57,829 nucleotides of DNA from an uncultured Gammaproteobacteria bacterium (GTDB taxonomy: Bacteria; Patescibacteriota; Patescibacteriia; Patescibacteriales; UBA12465). The translations under genes and the position numbers were made by a program. The DNA is taken from the NCBI GenBank assembly GCA_964588435.1, contig CAZPPI010000001.1, positions 1 through 57,829 of the forward strand, written 5' to 3'. Shown one piece after another: positions 57,081-57,829 of this stretch (position 1 is the first letter of the stretch; each line of letters starts with the position of its first letter). A model generated the notes under the pieces. The model had not been told where the DNA came from, searched no databases, and saw only the letters and a list, made by a program, of their open reading frames with translations.

Positions 57081-57829
57081 TTAATTTAAAGGAATAGATT
57101 CTAACGTTAATTCAAGCTTTAAAGCCTCAGTCTTTCTTAAATAATTAATTGTTAATTTATCTCCCGGTCGATAAAGACTTATAATCTCTGCTAAATCATT
57201 GCCCGAATTTAATTCATAATTATTAATCCAAGTAATAATATCACCCTCTTTCAAACCAGCTTTAGCGGCCGGAGAATTACTTAAGACTGCTGGAACTTTC
57301 CCATCAGAAAAAAGAAGGGCACCCTTATTTAAATCCTGAGTTGAAGAAGCAATTTTAACGTCACTTAAATCTAAATAATTTATTCCTAGAAAAGGTTTTC
57401 CAGGAGAATCAGCCTCAATTAAACTCTGCCACTGATAATTATAAGAAAAAGCAGGAACAAGCTCCCCTTTGCTGTTTACAATAATCGCTAAGTCACCAGC
57501 TAAATTAAAAACAAAGCTGTTTTTTATTTCTATTGCTGGGACAGAAAGCTCTAAACTTAAATTTGAACTTTCCGAACTTAAAACTGTTTCAATCTCTCGT
57601 AAAGAACTTAAGCTCAAAGGGCTAACCGAATTCAAATCTTTAAAAGCGAGTAAACTTTGGCCTAAAAAGAAATTAGTTTTAGCTAAGTTTTTTCTAACAA
57701 CAAGATTTTTAGCATCATTTAATCTGAAGAATATCAAACCATCATCATTAACTGCTGATAAATCAGCTAGTTCATAAACTCGACGATTATTATCAATAAC
57801 AATTAAATCTGTTTTTAAAAAATCAAAAT
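57081..57829 (-). CDS. PDZ-domain protein (HtrA-like architecture), 5'-truncated by the window edge
   Basis: The reading frame stays open from 57737 to the window end. The C-terminal PDZ reads GALLFSDG...SPAAKAGLKEGDIITWINNYEL...GDKLTINYLR. Confidence 0.65.
   Translation of the reverse strand, partial: FDFLKTDLIVIDNNRRVYELADLSAVNDDGLIFFRLNDAKNLVVRKNLAKTNFFLGQSLLAFKDLNSVSPLSLSSLREIETVLSSESSNLSLELSVPAIEIKNSFVFNLAGDLAIIVNSKGELVPAFSYNYQWQSLIEADSPGKPFLGINYLDLSDVKIASSTQDLNKGALLFSDGKVPAVLSNSPAAKAGLKEGDIITWINNYELNSGNDLAEIISLYRPGDKLTINYLRKTEALKLELTLESIPLN

Overview
The window is visibly AT-rich, gene-dense and uses the standard code, since TAA, TAG and TGA all terminate intact ORFs. Its content suggests a small-genome Patescibacteria/CPR-like bacterium: VirB2-like pilin, L,D-transpeptidase, ADP-forming acetyl-CoA synthetase and many short hypothetical membrane proteins. 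That placement is inference only. The left ~20 kb is accessory DNA. (1) A four-gene Type I R-M operon (157-7544, minus strand) has hsdM fused to a half-size hsdS. An OLD-like ATPase-Toprim gene and a Cys-rich small gene sit between hsdM-S and hsdR. (2) Two small integrative elements appear to lie in tandem and end at the 3' terminus of tRNA-Asn (20229-20300). Each ends in a paralogous large serine recombinase preceded by a homologous ~55-aa ORF. Element A (~7.7-12.0 kb) has a phiX-type HUH rolling-circle Rep and a long palindrome. Element B (~12.0-20.2 kb) has iterons, a winged-helix protein and a structured intergenic RNA-like region. Element B also carries a translationally coupled five-gene operon (two unknowns, a PIN-like protein, a small membrane protein, an AlbA_2/Schlafen-like protein). 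I rate this operon the best candidate for an undescribed defence-type system. The rest is mostly housekeeping: rarA, greA, acetyl-CoA synthetase, an SDR, an IMPDH-family gene, a P-type ATPase, rpmG, mutM, an ECF sigma factor, tpiA, gyrB and pgk, plus tRNA-Trp, tRNA-Tyr and tRNA-Thr. A small islet next to tRNA-Trp holds DUF3800, a decayed NYN gene, a nucleotidyltransferase and two candidate ncRNAs. One of these ncRNAs contains a near-exact copy of the 16S rRNA helix-18/530-loop sequence. The enolase-like and iPGM-like genes next to pgk appear to lack key catalytic motifs. No CRISPR array, rRNA gene or transposase was seen.
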